The position numbers and the translations under genes were made by a program. The notes beneath the pieces are model-generated. The model did not search any database, had not been told where the DNA came from, and worked only from the letters and a program-made list of their open reading frames with translations. This document shows positions 30,066 through 45,350 of a stretch of 64,000 nt of DNA, piece after piece (the first letter of the stretch is position 1; every line of letters begins with the position of its first letter). Source of the DNA: Eledone cirrhosa (Eukaryota); the NCBI GenBank assembly GCA_964016885.1, contig OZ024751.1, positions 34,038,001 through 34,102,000 of the forward strand, written 5' to 3'.

Positions 30066-30079
30066 TCTATAATATATAT

Positions 30080-30256
30080 AAATTAATAAAAACAAAGAAG
30101 TTCCTTATATTAAAAAATTCATCACTTTACGATCGTTTCTAGGATATATATGTGTGTTGGTATTTATATCATATAGATCTATGTAAAAATTTTACAAACT
30201 ATCAAAGGAAATATACATACCTTCACATATATATGCTGTCTTCAGAATATAAATAT
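30080..30256 (-). mobile_element. Diverged copy of the long-loop hammerhead PLE family
   Basis: CTGAAGA-cagcatatatatgtg...cacatatatatccta-GAAA-cgatcg-TA; homologous to 35043-35197. Confidence 0.7.
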
Positions 30257-30339
30257 GTGAGAGTAGCTTAGCATAACATGAAAATACAATATTGAAGCAT
30301 AATTCATTTACAACAGCGCTGTATATACATTTAATTCAT

Positions 30340-30354
30340 TACTACTACTACTAC

Positions 30355-30386
<32 letters not shown>

Positions 30387-30412
30387 ACTGTTGTAGCAGG
30401 CACAGTAGTAGC

Positions 30413-30470
<58 letters not shown>

Positions 30471-30612
30471 ACTGTTGTAGCAGGCACAGTAGCAGCAGCA
30501 GCAACAGTAGTAGTCGTTGTTGTAGTTGTTGCAGCAGCAGTAGTAGCAGCAGCGACAGTAGTATATAGTAGTATTACTGGTAGTAGTAATAGTAGTAGCA
30601 GCAGCAGCAGCA
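30340..30612. repeat. (TAG)n/(CAG)n compound microsatellite
   Basis: Direct inspection. Confidence 0.9.
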
Positions 30613-31730
30613 TATCGCCGTCTGTATTTAAGGAATGTTAGTATTGTTTAACTCATGCGTATTCTTGTTTGAAATTTACAAACACCTGGTTGGGAATTCC
30701 AGTTAGAAGGTAGTAGAGGTGTATATGAAAGAAGTTAATATGATATGTTTATGTATAATAGACACATATTTCTTGATAGGAATGTTTTAAGCTGTTATCA
30801 CAGTATAGCTCTCTCAATAACTATGTGGGAACTTTAGACAGTGTTTCAGTATTGTTTATTTACGAGGTACTGGGATTTATAAAAACTATAGCCTATATAC
30901 ATTTGTTGGAAAAGGTTATTTGGGAATAGTGTGTGCTTTATTTGTGATTAAAGTAGCTACTATGCCTATGTACGTACAGATCTGTGGCAATCACAACAAT
31001 CTGGCTTTTCAAAATGATTTCCAAAGTCTTATTAGTATGTGTGTGTGTTTATGTATTTGTGAATGCGTGTGTTATTTCACTAAATCTGAGTCTAGGGATA
31101 TGTTAAAATTAATGAAGTGATTCGAATTGAAATTGTTTTCATTGATAGAAACATTCTGCTATGCAGGACTCATGTACACTAATGGCGTGTAATTTATGTC
31201 TCTCTGAAAATATTCACATTCTAAAATACTAACATGTCGTTGGGAAATAAATATGCCACTATGATGAAGCAAATAAAAAATGGCGGTATTTTAAGAGTGA
31301 ACAATAACGACAGCAAAAGAAAATACCGTTTCTCGTTAACACTTTCTCTCCTTCCTCCTTCATTCGCTCTCTCTCATTGATTTCTTTCGTCCACTCTTTA
31401 TAATGTGCGAAATGTTATAAAATTATGAAATTTACCAGAAACAACCAATTCCAAATTAATACAATTTTTTTCTTCCTATTTTCTACATTACCGTTTGTTT
31501 TACGTGGTTCGAGAAATCTCTAAAAATGGCGATTCATTATTATTTTGTTTGTGTTTTTTTTATATGTATGTTATGTTTGTTATTTTTTTAATATAATAAT
31601 TTGGACTTTTGCTGTATATTCTTTTTATATTTATTTATATCTATTTTCTTGAAGACGTCAATTTTTCCATGTTTTCTTGTTTTATTTACACATTTTAAAA
31701 TTATTTTGTTTATTTTATGTTTGAATATAG

Positions 31731-31771
31731 ACGGCGAGTTGACAAAGTTTTGAGACATCTGACATTACTCT
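31731..31771 (+). CDS. Candidate 41-nt micro-exon
   Basis: tttattttatgtttgaatatag| ... |gtatgt. Phase 2 to phase 1 (RRVDKVLRHLTLL). Restores frame together with 20362-20392 (72 nt total). Confidence 0.2.
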
Positions 31772-32034
31772 GTATGTGTATATATGTGTACGTAGGTATA
31801 TATGTATGCATGTCTGTGTATATATATATATATGTGTGTGTGTGTGTGCGTATGTATGTTTATATGTATGTATGTACATATGTATAACTGTGTTATATTG
31901 CCTTTGTCCTTGTATTGTTTCTATTCCCGTCGGCCCGTGTGGCCAATATCGATAATAATATCATTATGCCTTTCATGTTTGTTTTTCACACAATTTTCTG
32001 ATATTAAAATGTATATTTCATTCTTTCTTTGCAG

Positions 32035-32180
32035 CCCATAATAAAAATGAATACAGTTCAAATAATAGCGCCACGAAGCAGCAGCAGCAGTCATCAACGT
32101 TTAGAATATTAATGTTTTTCTTAGTAACTATGGTAACAACAGCATCAGCAGGTGAAACTGCACCATGGCCTAGTGTCTAG
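32035..32180 (+). CDS. Terminal coding exon with GPI-anchor-like signal
   Basis: Acceptor tttcattctttctttgcag|. Phase 1 matches the previous exon. (A)HNKNEYSSNNSATKQQQQSSTFRILMFFLVTMVTTASAGETAPWPSV* has small-residue omega candidates (S/N/S/A), a polar spacer and a hydrophobic tail. TAG at 32178-32180. Confidence 0.7.
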
Positions 32181-32956
32181 CGACCCCTTCACCATTCTCC
32201 TCACCCGAGCCCTCCCATATTGCCGCCGCCGCCGCCCGACAGCTCGGCACAGACCTTCCAGGCGCATTGTTTCTGTTGCGCCACCACAACTGCCGTTATA
32301 TATACATATACAAATGTTATATATATATTATGATATATATATATATATGTATATATTATAATATATATATATATATATATATTATGATATATATGTATAT
32401 ATATATATAAATATACTATATATCATAATATATATATCATATGTATATATATATATATTATATATCATAATATATATATCATATGTATATATATATATAT
32501 TATATATCATATATATCATAATATATATATGTATATATATATATTATATATCATATATATCATAATATATATCGTATGTATATATATTATGATATATATG
32601 TGTATGTATATCATAATATATATATATATATATCATAATATATATCATATGTATATATATATATTATGATATATATATATATATATATACCATAATATAT
32701 ATGTCATATGTATATATATATACCATAATATATATATATATATACCATAATATATATATATATATATATATACCATAATATATATATATATATACCAAAA
32801 TATATATATATACCATAATATATATATATATATATATACCATAATATATATATATATACCATAATATATATATATATACCATTATATATATATATATATA
32901 CCATAATATATATATATATATACCATTATATATATATACCATTATATATATATACC

Positions 32957-33006
<50 letters not shown>

Positions 33007-33063
33007 ATTATATATATATATATATACCATAATATATATATATACATATACCATAATATATAT

Positions 33064-33253
<190 letters not shown>

Positions 33254-33358
33254 ATTATATATATATATATATACCATTATATATATATATATATACCATA
33301 ATATATATATATATATATACCATGATATATATATATACATATACCATAATATATATAT

Positions 33359-33490
<132 letters not shown>

Positions 33491-33511
33491 ATAATATATA
33501 TATATTATGAT

Positions 33512-34280
33512 ATGGAAACACAAATTTAAATAATTTTAAAAACCATAAAATGCACTAGAAAGGAAACCAAGATTACTAAGATAACAAAAAAAAAACCATT
33601 ATCAAGGGATTAATCCTAAGAGACTTAAAAAATCGGGAGTTGTCTTTAAGTTAAATGAAATGAAAAGACGTTAAAACTTCGTATTTGCGCGTTGTGAAAT
33701 GTATGATATATGTATGTGTGTGTGTGTGTGAGTCTACGTCTGTTTGCCTAGTGGGGACATAGATGTAATTTGAAAGAAAGAATGGAACTGGCCGCTGAGA
33801 TGTTGGTATTCAGGCTTTTAAATTAAGAAGGCTTCCTTCATTCTCAGCGTGCCTATAATTGCGTTCGGTAGCTAAAATTATGGTGGAAATGTCCCGGTTT
33901 CCACATTTGATGATGTGGTTCGCGAAGGAAGAGGAGTTGGTGTTAAAATGCTTTCAATAAGGAGATGAATAGTGGTGCCAATGTAAAATAGATTGCACTT
34001 GTTACATTCTAGCCTGTATACTACGTAGGTATGTAGGCAACAACGCGCAAATACGAACTTTTAACGTATTTTCATTGCATTTAACTTAAATCTGCTTTCC
34101 AAACAAACACGTCAACTCCGATCAATCTTTTAAGTCTTTCATCGGGTTATTCCCTTGTTAATGGGTTTTTAAACAAATTTGTTAAGGTAAGATTCTTTTG
34201 TTATTTTAGCAATCTTGATTTTCTTTCCAGTGCATTGTATAGTTTCAAAAATTTTTAAATTTTTTAAATTTGTTTTTCCT
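33512..34280. mobile_element. Diverged ~200-bp inverted repeats (33512-33695 and 34040-34280) flanking the GIY-YIG fragment
   Basis: For example ttcgtatttgcgcgttg versus caacgcgcaaatacgaa, and aatgcactagaaag versus ctttccagtgcatt. Confidence 0.65.
33795..34024 (-). pseudogene. Decayed Penelope-type GIY-YIG endonuclease fragment
   Basis: VVYRLECNKCNLFYIGTT, then after frameshifts HFNTNSSSFANHIIKCGNRDISTIILATE and LRMKEAFLI. Confidence 0.8.
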
Positions 34281-34498
34281 ATTCAACAATGCTTCAAACA
34301 AACTACAACACTCTGATATTATGATATATATATATTATGAGATATATATATATATATATCATAATATATATATATATTATATATCATATTATATATATAT
34401 CATAATATATATATATATATTATGATATGTATATATATATTATGATATATATATATATTATGATATATATATATTATGATATACATAAATATATATTA

Positions 34499-34567
<69 letters not shown>

Positions 34568-34670
34568 GATATATATATATATTATGATATATATATATAT
34601 TATGATATATATATATATATTATGATATATATATATATATATAATGATATATATATATATATATATATGT

Positions 34671-35251
34671 AGATAAATCTACCAAGAGTTTACGGTAGTG
34701 TCCAATCCGTATGAAGAACTCAATGTAATCCGGATATCATGGAAAGAAGAGATGCAATGAAAAATCACTTTCGGTGAAAGATAAACGGAATACAGAGTCA
34801 AGATAAAATATTAAAAAAATAATGAATAAAACAATGAAACAGTTCCTTATATTAAACAAAAAAAGTTCATTATTTAACGATCGTTTCTAGGATATATATG
34901 TGTTAGAATTGGCATGCATATTCAACAGATCTATGTACAAAATTATACAAAATTATACAAACTATCAAAATTAAATATACATACCAAACACATATATATG
35001 CCGTCTTCAGAAATAATGAAATATATTTATTTATAAATATATTTCATTATTTCTGAAGACGGCATATATATGTGTTTGGTATGTATATTTAATTTTGATA
35101 GTTTGTATAATTTTGTATAATTTTGTACATAGATCTGTTGAATATGCATGCCAATTCTAACACATATATATCCTAGAAACGATCGTTAAATAATGAACTT
35201 TTTTTGTTTAATATAAGGAACTGTTTCATTGTTTTATTCATTATTTTTTTA

Positions 35252-35260
<9 letters not shown>
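34671..35260 (-). mobile_element. PLE pLTR fold-back insert: 228-bp arms (34803-35030 and 35033-35260) plus 132-bp tail
   Basis: Apparently perfect palindrome with a 2-nt spacer, a hammerhead in each arm, (TA)n flanks. Confidence 0.85.
35043..35197 (+). ncRNA. Type I hammerhead with ~115-nt stem-loop II (mirror on - strand at 34866-35020)
   Basis: ttcattattt-CTGAAGA-cggcatatatatgtgtt...aacacatatatatccta-GAAA-cgatcg-TT-aaataatgaa; 10-bp perfect stem I. Confidence 0.75.
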
Positions 35261-35289
<29 letters not shown>

Positions 35290-35366
35290 GACATATATAT
35301 ATATATAATGATATATATATATATATATATATATATAATGATATATATATATATATATATATATTA

Positions 35367-35405
<39 letters not shown>

Positions 35406-35446
35406 GATATCTATATATATATAATGATATATATATATATATATTA

Positions 35447-35505
<59 letters not shown>

Positions 35506-35548
35506 GATATATATATATATATATTATGATATATATATATATATATTA

Positions 35549-35599
<51 letters not shown>

Positions 35600-35973
35600 G
35601 ATATATATCTATATATATATATATATATCATAATATATATATATATATTATGATATATATATCTATATATATATATATCATAATATATATATATTATGAT
35701 GTATATATCTATATATATATATATATATATAATATATATATATATTATGATATATATATCTATATATATATATATATATATCATATTATATATATATATT
35801 ATGATATATATATCTATATATATATATATATCATAATATATATATATCTATATCTATATATATCATAATATATATATATTATGATATATATATATATCAT
35901 AATATATATATATATGTCATAATATATATATATCATAATATATATATATATATATATATTATGATATATATTA

Positions 35974-36028
<55 letters not shown>

Positions 36029-36278
36029 ATATGATATATATATATATATATATTATGATATATGATATATATATGATATATATATATATATATATTATGA
36101 TATATGATATATATATGATATATATATATATATATTATGATATATGATATATATATGATATATATATATATATATATTATGATATATGATATATATATGA
36201 TATATATATATATATATATTATGATATATATATATGATATATATATATATATATATTATGATATATATATATATATTA

Positions 36279-36324
<46 letters not shown>

Positions 36325-36419
36325 TAATATATATATATATCATAATATTTATATATATCATAATATATATAATAATATTTATATATATCATAATATATAT
36401 AATAATATATATATATATC

Positions 36420-36455
<36 letters not shown>

Positions 36456-36636
36456 GATATATATATATTTATATATATATTATGAGATATATATTTATAT
36501 ATATATTATGAGATATATATATTAATATATATTATGATATATATATTTATATACGAGATATGTATATATATTATGAGATATATATATATATTATGAGATA
36601 TATATATATATATTATGCGATATATATATCTATTTA

Positions 36637-36683
<47 letters not shown>

Positions 36684-36767
36684 TACATATTATGAGATAT
36701 ATATATATTATGATATATATATATATATATATATTTATTTATATATATATTATGAGATATATATATA

Positions 36768-36864
<97 letters not shown>

Positions 36865-38477
36865 ATATATCACAGAAATTATATAAACAATAATTACAAA
36901 TATAAATAAATATAAAAATTAATACCAAAATAGAAAATAAATTTTCTTTTTCTCCTGTGTCCTCCCGTCCCCTCGCCTCGCTGCCAACCCCTCTCCCCAA
37001 CCCACACCAGCCCACGGCCCTTTTTCGTAAATAAAAATACAGAAAAATATATCAAAAATAATTTTAAAAAATATAACGAAATGATAACAATAATAATGTT
37101 AATATTAAAAGTGGAGAAGTAAAAGGAGAAAGGTTTTTTTTTTACTTTTTATTCTCCTTCCCTGAAATTTCTTTGTATGCATTTTATATAAAAATACAAT
37201 ATGGAAAAAATCATAATAAATATATATCCATAACAAATATAAAAATGAGATTTGAAAAAATAAACACAAAACTAACATTTTTATGCATCTATATTCAAGA
37301 TTAAACTGATTTTTTTTTTCCTGTAATTTACCGAATCAATCAAATAAATGAAAAGAATAAAAGAAAAGAAATATTCGGATTTTTCTAAGAAAGTTTAAAC
37401 AATTTTTGTGTTTGAGTTTTTATTTATTTATTCGGAATATTCCTTAATTTTCATTTTTATTTTTCGTTTAATATTTCTTCTTTGCTACATATATTTGTGT
37501 GTGTGTGTGTGTGTGGAGGGTGGGGTGAGAGAGTTTGATGCGTGTGTGAACATGCATGTGTGTGTGTACAAGAATATGTATATATATATATACATACATA
37601 TTTTTGTACACATACATACATACATAGCAGTAGAATACCCGATGTTACCCAGGTTGAGAAGTAACTGTAATGAACGAAATGTGTTCTCAATGAAGCTATA
37701 TTCCGTTTATTAGAACACTGTTCAATTTTTTGTTTGTATTTCATGTAAAAAAAAAGTTGTTTTCCAATAGATTTATCCACCCCAGATAGCACTCGGGTAA
37801 AAAAATACGAAACAACACTATATTTTATTTGTAAATAATATAACAAAAGGATTGTCAAACCATTGCAGAAGATATAATTGCCTTACAGAAAGCCTTAGAA
37901 ATTGTTATAAAGAAAAACTCTGGACCAGATATTATTCTAAATAGCAATACTGTAAAATATCGTATCATGAGATTACAGAAGGTGTTTGACGAGAACTAGA
38001 GAACATGTATAGTGTATGTTCTCTACTCAGTTATAAAGATGAAAGTGTAGTGGTTTTAATATTCTCAAGACCTATTTAAAGTTCTGTATTTCCAGGAAAT
38101 ATCGAAAATAGCTCAAATCAGACGGTTTTCATTTTTGGTGAGAATGTTTGAGAAAGTATTGGTCATAATCATATTGCGATAGTTTTTTTCTATCACAGCC
38201 AAAATCTATGTTGCGGTGTTAAATCGGACGATGGATATCGATATATTTGCAAGGTGAAGAGGGAAATGTAAGCAAAGTATATATATCGACAACGATGGGT
38301 AAATTGAAATAACAAGAAAGTGGAAGAGAAAATGGGAAAGGGGAAGAAAAACCAGCGAATGAGAAGGAACGCTGCAGGTAAGTGGATGTAAGAGGTGGTA
38401 ATATAGTGATAGAGATGGAGAGATTTAGCGAAGAACAGATGATAGAAGTAGACACACAAGCAAACATTATTATAACC

Positions 38478-38665
38478 ATTGGCAGTATCGGTAGAGGGTC
38501 GGACGCCATGCTTTACAGCAAAAGAGTTACGGCCCTTTATGATCTGAGTTCAAATCTCGCCGAGGTTAACTTTGCCTTTCATCCTTACGGGGTCGATAAA
38601 ATAAAGTACCAGTGGTACACTGGGATAGTTGCTGGCCTTGTGCCAAAAGTAGAAACAATTATTAC
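38478..38665 (+). mobile_element. tRNA-derived SINE (Meta/Nin-type core)
   Basis: gagttcaaatc B-box; ttgcctttcatccttacggggtcgataaaataaagtacc core. Confidence 0.8.
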
Positions 38666-38684
38666 CATTATTCTAACAGTGGAC

Positions 38685-39010
38685 TGCCATTGAAGTATAA
38701 TCGGTGTATTATCATTGGTAGCTTACCATAAAACTGCTATTGGACTACGAATTACTTTTGTACTACCATTGGATTAACATTTCATTACCATTGGACTCAT
38801 ATCTGACTACTATTTATACAATAAAATAAGTGAGCTACAACAGGTAAACTATCACAGGATTATCATGGAACTAGCATGAGGCAACCATTGATTAGCTACC
38901 ATTGGTGGAATACCATTGGATTACCATGAGATTACCATTGGATTATCATTGGACTACCATTGGATTACCATGGGATAACTAATGGACGATTACCATTGGT
39001 GGACTATCAC
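38685..39010. repeat. Degenerate ~11-bp tandem repeat (ttaccattgga)
   Basis: Recurring taccattgga units. Confidence 0.7.
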
Positions 39011-39180
39011 ATGAACACTATTATATTATATGTGTGTGAGTATGTATATATATATACATACAATGTACATATATACACATGTACATACATATACATACAT
39101 GTATCTATATACATATACATACATATATACATACATACACACACATATATATATACATACACACACATATATATATACAT

Positions 39181-39265
<85 letters not shown>

Positions 39266-39954
39266 TTTTTATCTGTTAACCACTTCACACTAATTAACAC
39301 TAATTAAACGGCAATTAAGAATTGACTATTCCGACCCTCCAGGTATATCAGACGCTGTAATTAAAAGGACACTGTCATCATACATGGTCCTTCAATCTCT
39401 AGGGACCCCTTTGTCTGTGTGTATATGTTGGTGTATCGATCTGTGTCTGTGTTTGTGTTATTGTGTGTGTGTGTCAGCATATGCGAGTGTCTGTGTGTAT
39501 GTGTATGAATGCGTCTGCGCCTGTGTATATGTGTCCGTGCCTGTGTATGTGTATATGTGTGTGTATTGTAATCTCTGTAGCTGCAGGTGATAAGAGTTAA
39601 GTAGAAACGTAATGGAGAATGGAATCTCTCTTGCAGTCGTCTCAATAACAAACGACCCTCCATCTCACTAATGTATACTACACACTACTGACACACACTC
39701 TCACATATACATACATACACACGCAGATGCCCATTCTAAGCCACATGCGCAGTTGGAAACCGGTGGTAGCCACCGTTATGTGTGAAGATAACTAGTATAT
39801 ATATATATATATGGAGCGATGGTGATGGTGGGAGTGATGTTGATAGTGGTGGAATTGATGGTGATGGTGATGATGGTAATGATATTGGTGGGTGTGCTGA
39901 AGTGTGAAATTTATATACGAAAGTCAATATGAATTCTGTTTTACTTATATTATT

Positions 39955-40270
39955 TTTACACAAGGTTGACTTTGCCTTTCATCCTTATGGGGTCGATAAA
40001 ATAAAGTACCAGTAATGCACTGGGTATTTTGCTGGCCTTGTGCCTAAAGTAGAAACAATTATTTTTACACAAGGCGGTGTATTGGCAGTATCGGTAGTGG
40101 GTCGGACGCTATGCTTTGCAGCACAGTTACGTCCCTTTACGGACTAAGTTCAAATACCGCCGAGGTTAACTTTGCCTTTCATCCTTACGGGGTCGATAAA
40201 ATAAAATACCAGTAATACACTGGGGAAATTGCTGGCCTTGTGCCAAAAGTATAAGCAATTATTTTTACAG
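39955..40270 (+). mobile_element. Tandem pair of the same SINE (5'-truncated copy then full copy)
   Basis: Core at about 39965 and about 40165. Confidence 0.8.
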
Positions 40271-40278
40271 AAGATAAA

Positions 40279-40333
<55 letters not shown>

Positions 40334-41459
40334 TTTGTCGTTTTAACGTTCCCTGCGTTTGTTTTTGTTTTTTTTGTTAGATATTTTCTTTAGTTGTTGC
40401 TATTTTTCCATGGTTACAAGCAAAATATAATTCAACAAAAACCCCAAAACACATAAAAGATTTTAAACACATAAAGATTTTTTAAAATATATTTCGTTTT
40501 ATTAATTTCTTTTGTGTCACCTAGTTCAGTTGAAAACTTGGAAATATTTCTTTGCTTGCACCCAATAAGAGATTCTGGTTTAAAACTTTACCGTGTGATT
40601 TACACTTCTAAATGCCGTTAAACCCTCCGCCAGCAAACCCCATCACCACAAATAAATTATTTCCTTAACATACGCAGCTATATATCATTTTGCAAGTCAA
40701 CAACCTATAATGAAGTCTCTTTCTGAGGACTCGATCTGCTAAAGAAACAACCAAATCTCCACTTAACATGTAACTAACTTAATCTTTTTTGATCGACCAA
40801 CCAAAGATTTACAATAGGAAAGACCCTATATGCGGCGTGTGTATGTATATAAGTATATATGTATGTGAAAGAAATCAGTTTTGTTCCTGCTTGGGGAGGA
40901 CATGCGTTTCAGCTTGTTTAAAAATGCCCCGACGCTGTGTCACTACAACATCTATACAACATCTATACAACTCGAATTATAAACTATGGTGAGATTTGAA
41001 CTATAAACCAATATATATCTTACTTTTCCTATTTCAATCTCGTATTTAGAATCAATAAAATGTCATTTCTTTTTCTCTTTATTTCGTTTCCGTTCTAATA
41101 TAGTTTTAAATTTTTAATGGCCGTGCTATCGATTTGAATTGTTTTCACACTAAAACAGTCTACAAAAACATACACACACCCAAGAGCACAGACATACACA
41201 TGTTCACAGAAGCACAAACACACACACACAAACACACACATACATAAACACATATACACGCACAAATATAGACACTTACACACAGAGATACACGATCACA
41301 TTAACCTACACACATATATACACACAGACATAAAAAACAAAGAAGTTCAGTGAATTTTTAACAAATTCTAACAGGAAGTCTGACCTAAGATGACGGATGT
41401 AAATCATTTACAATTGTTTAAAATAAACTACGTCAGCAATAACGAAATAATAATAATAA

Positions 41460-41640
41460 TAATTGTTTCTGATTTAGGCACAAGGCCAGTAACTTGAAGA
41501 AGAGAGAAAAGTCGATTAAACCATCCCCAGTGTATTACTGGTGCTTTATTTATCGACCCCGTAAAGATGAAAGGCAAAGCTAACCTCCCCGGGATTTGAA
41601 TTCAGGACGTAAAGGGACGGAACTATATGCCACAAAGCAT
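41460..41640 (-). mobile_element. Same SINE family, minus strand
   Basis: ttatcgaccccgtaaagatgaaaggcaaag is the reverse complement of the core. Confidence 0.75.
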
Positions 41641-44301
41641 ATAATGATAATAGCTTAACTCCCAACAACTAAGGTTACAGCGGATGTTTGTCTTTCAGTT
41701 GAATAGACTGGACAACGGGAAGTGGCTGTATCAATGACATGAAGTTTGATCTTTGAATCGAACCCACGACCTTATGATCCTGAGTTCATCATCCTAACCA
41801 CTTGGAAACTGATGAATGTAGGAAAAAATAAACTAAACCGGGCGCTCTATGGTTTCTGCTGCAGTAATATCCCCGTCTATAATGATAATATTAATAAATA
41901 ATGCATCCTTTAAAATCATATAATTAATTAATTCGATATAGCATTCAATACTACTTCCGTTTCCGGTGTTTTAAACAATCGCTTACAGTGTCACTAAACT
42001 AGTATTTCTGTTCTGTTGTGATTGCTTTGTTTTGTTTTTCTGTTGTGATCGCCGGAGTTTAAAATGTTAAAAAGTTTCTACCCGGGAAAATCTGAAAAAA
42101 ATGAGGCAGCTTCGATTCCTGGTGGAATTTATTTCACTTAGATTGAAAGTAACAAATACTGTTTATTGGTGCAATCAACAAATAAAAAATGGATGAGCGG
42201 CAAACTCCAGTACAGATGGTGTCTCAGCTGCGCACTTTGAAATGCCAGATCATATATTGCTCGCAGGTAGAGGTCACTGAACTTCCGAGGGAGTTTTTGC
42301 CTGTTCTCAACTTGCGGCCTCAAAAATAATATTACAGATGTGTTCAGCTCAGCGATGGATGGCGTCGTCAAGTTGGTGGAGGTGACCTGCGTGAGAGGTG
42401 ACAAGGTGCACCACATGTTAATGATCTCGAGAAATGTGACATCACATCCCTTGTCGAAAATACTTCTTGTCAAAAATACATTTTTATCGAATAATTGTTT
42501 CTAGTTAAGGATATAATTTTTCCTGCATTAAATATGTTAAAACTAACCTAAGTATTGTTTCATCATGTAGATGTCATCCCTGTGTAATTTATATTGTAAA
42601 TATTTCTATTTCTCTGGTCAACATATGTTGTATATTTGGTTCTTTTAACCACTGAAAACTTCCTGCAAAGTCTTCTCTCGTTTCTTTGACGTCAATACAA
42701 CCAGGATAAATTTTGGCTTCGGGTTTCGACTTACATAAACCAATAACTCTAACACATAAATACCGATGTGGTAGCATACATGCCTTTCTACCAACGCAAT
42801 CAAGGCAAAAGTTTCATTCCTGCCTTATATAAAATCAATAATCTTCGCTCTAATTTAAAAGCAATAAATATTAATGAGTACTTATTTGTGTCTATTTATT
42901 TGATTATTTTATTTTAATTTATTTTAATTTTTATTTTATTTTTAGCTTTTTATTTTATTTTTAGCTTTTTATTTTATTCTCTTTATTTGTGTGTTTTTAT
43001 ATTTTCGTTTTCCGTTTTACTGAGATTATAATTTCATTTTAAACAAACCAATTTCTCTCAAACATCGCATGGATAGCTTCTTAATTAAGAGCCTATGAAT
43101 CTCTATGTGATTTGTGTCTTAGGCATGTCTGTACACGTGTGTGTGTGTGTGTGTGTGTGTGTATCTGTTTGGGTGTGTGTGTGGTTATTTGTGTACGTGA
43201 GCGTGTGCGCTTGAAGCTCAATGATTTGTGTCTGGTGCGGGTGTGTATGTATATATGTATATATGCATATTCATATATATATGTGTGTGTGTGTACAAGA
43301 AACTCTGATTTGTGTGTATGTACATGAGTGTGTGTATGTGCACGTAAAGCACTATGACCTGTGTCTTCGGTGTGTGAATTTGTGTGGATAATTGTGTATA
43401 CATACACACATATATATATATATATATATTAAAATAACAGATTAAAGTTTAAGCAAAGAATCGCTGCTTTCACCCTTAACGGGATCTTCTGAAACTCAAT
43501 ATACATACAAACACATACATACAAACTCAATATACATACAAACAGTATACATACAAACACATGCCCGTATATATATATATATATACGGGCATGTGTTTTT
43601 ATGTATACTGTGTTTGCGTCTATCCTTGTGTCACTATATGTATATTTTTGTGTATCTACGTGTGTTTACATATATGTGTTTCTATGTACGTATCGATCTG
43701 TATGTGAATATTGTGTATATGATTTTGTACGTGTGTATCTATGTAGGTTTATGGGTGTTTGAGTATATGTGTTTCCCAATGTATGTGTATGTATGTGTAT
43801 GCCTGTGCCAATGTATGTGTATGCCTGTGCCAATGTATGTGTGCATATGTGAGCATTTAAGTCACCGTTTACCAAATTCTCAAATGATCGGCTGCCTAAT
43901 GCAATTCTATTCGCTTCAATAAATAAGAAACAATGATGGATAAATGGTGTATACATCGTATATTATATATTATACATACTTCTATCTATCTCACTTTCTC
44001 TCTATTATATATATATATATAAACAGAGAGAGAGAGATTCATGTGAGTGTGTATATTTGCACACACACATACACATATATATATATATATATATATAATG
44101 TATGTGTGAATTTAGATACATTTGTATATACATACTCACACACATATACATACATATATATATATATATATATGCACACATACATATGTATATATATACA
44201 TACATGTATCTAAGTATGATTGTGTATATATGTACTTATATGCATTTATGTATATAACGTATAATTTTCTTTCCAAAAGCATTCATTCACACTCACGTAT
44301 G

Positions 44302-44343
<42 letters not shown>

Positions 44344-44780
44344 TATACACGTATACGTATGTGGAAATGTGTGAAATGTGTATGTGTGTACTTAAATAAA
44401 TACATACATAATACAGATTAGCATTCAACATGTTATATATTAATGTGTGTGTGAGACAGAGAGCGAGAGAGAGAGGGGCGGATACAGCTCCAACGACCCT
44501 TTACAAACCCTCCACCATTTTGAATGTAACAAATTGACAATTCTCTGAGCATGACTTCCTTAATTCATTTATTCCATAATTTTATTACCTTATTTACAAA
44601 CAGATTATTTCATTATTTGAGGGAGATAGGGAACCGCCATTTATTATTATTTCATCTACTTTTGTTGTTTTGTTTAAAACTTATTTAATCATACTTTCAA
44701 TTATTTTGAATTCTTATATTTGCCAGAAGAACGCAGGATGGTGAACACATTACATAGACAATAACAGCAGAAGCAGCAAC

Positions 44781-44879
<99 letters not shown>

Positions 44880-44952
44880 GGTGGTGGTGGTGGTGGTGGT
44901 GGTGGTGGTGGTGGTGGTGGTGGTGGTGGTGGTGGTGGTGGTGGTGGTGGTG

Positions 44953-45016
<64 letters not shown>
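44781..45016. repeat. (TAG)n-(TGG)n-(TAG)n compound microsatellite
   Basis: Direct inspection. Confidence 0.95.
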
Positions 45017-45017
<1 letters not shown>

Positions 45018-45129
45018 TCTATCTTTTGTTTTATGTTGTTTTTATGGCCTTTGATTATTAATGTATAATATACCAAACAAAACAAAGACAGAAAACAACG
45101 AAATATTGTTTTCATTTCCTTCTAGCAAT

Positions 45130-45295
45130 GGTGGGTTGGTAGGGGGAGGGTGAAAGGTAGAGGGAGAGGAGGAAACATTGGTAGGGGGAGGGTGAAAGGT
45201 AGAGAGGGGGGCAACGTTGGTAGGGGGTGGGTGAAAGGTAGTGAGAGGGGGACAACATTGGTAGGGGAGGGTGAAAGGTAGAGAGAGAGGGGGGT
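45130..45295. repeat. G-rich ~40-bp minisatellite (ttggtagggggagggtgaaaggtag...), about 4 copies
   Basis: Direct inspection; multiple G-runs. Confidence 0.8.
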
Positions 45296-45350
45296 GCAAT
45301 ATTAGTAGAGCTATATGTGTGTGTATATATATATGTGTATGCGTGTGTGT

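Noticed and set aside
40724-40760. CTGAGGA...GAAA
   Set aside because: No stem I/II/III pairing; appears to be part of a common decayed repeat.
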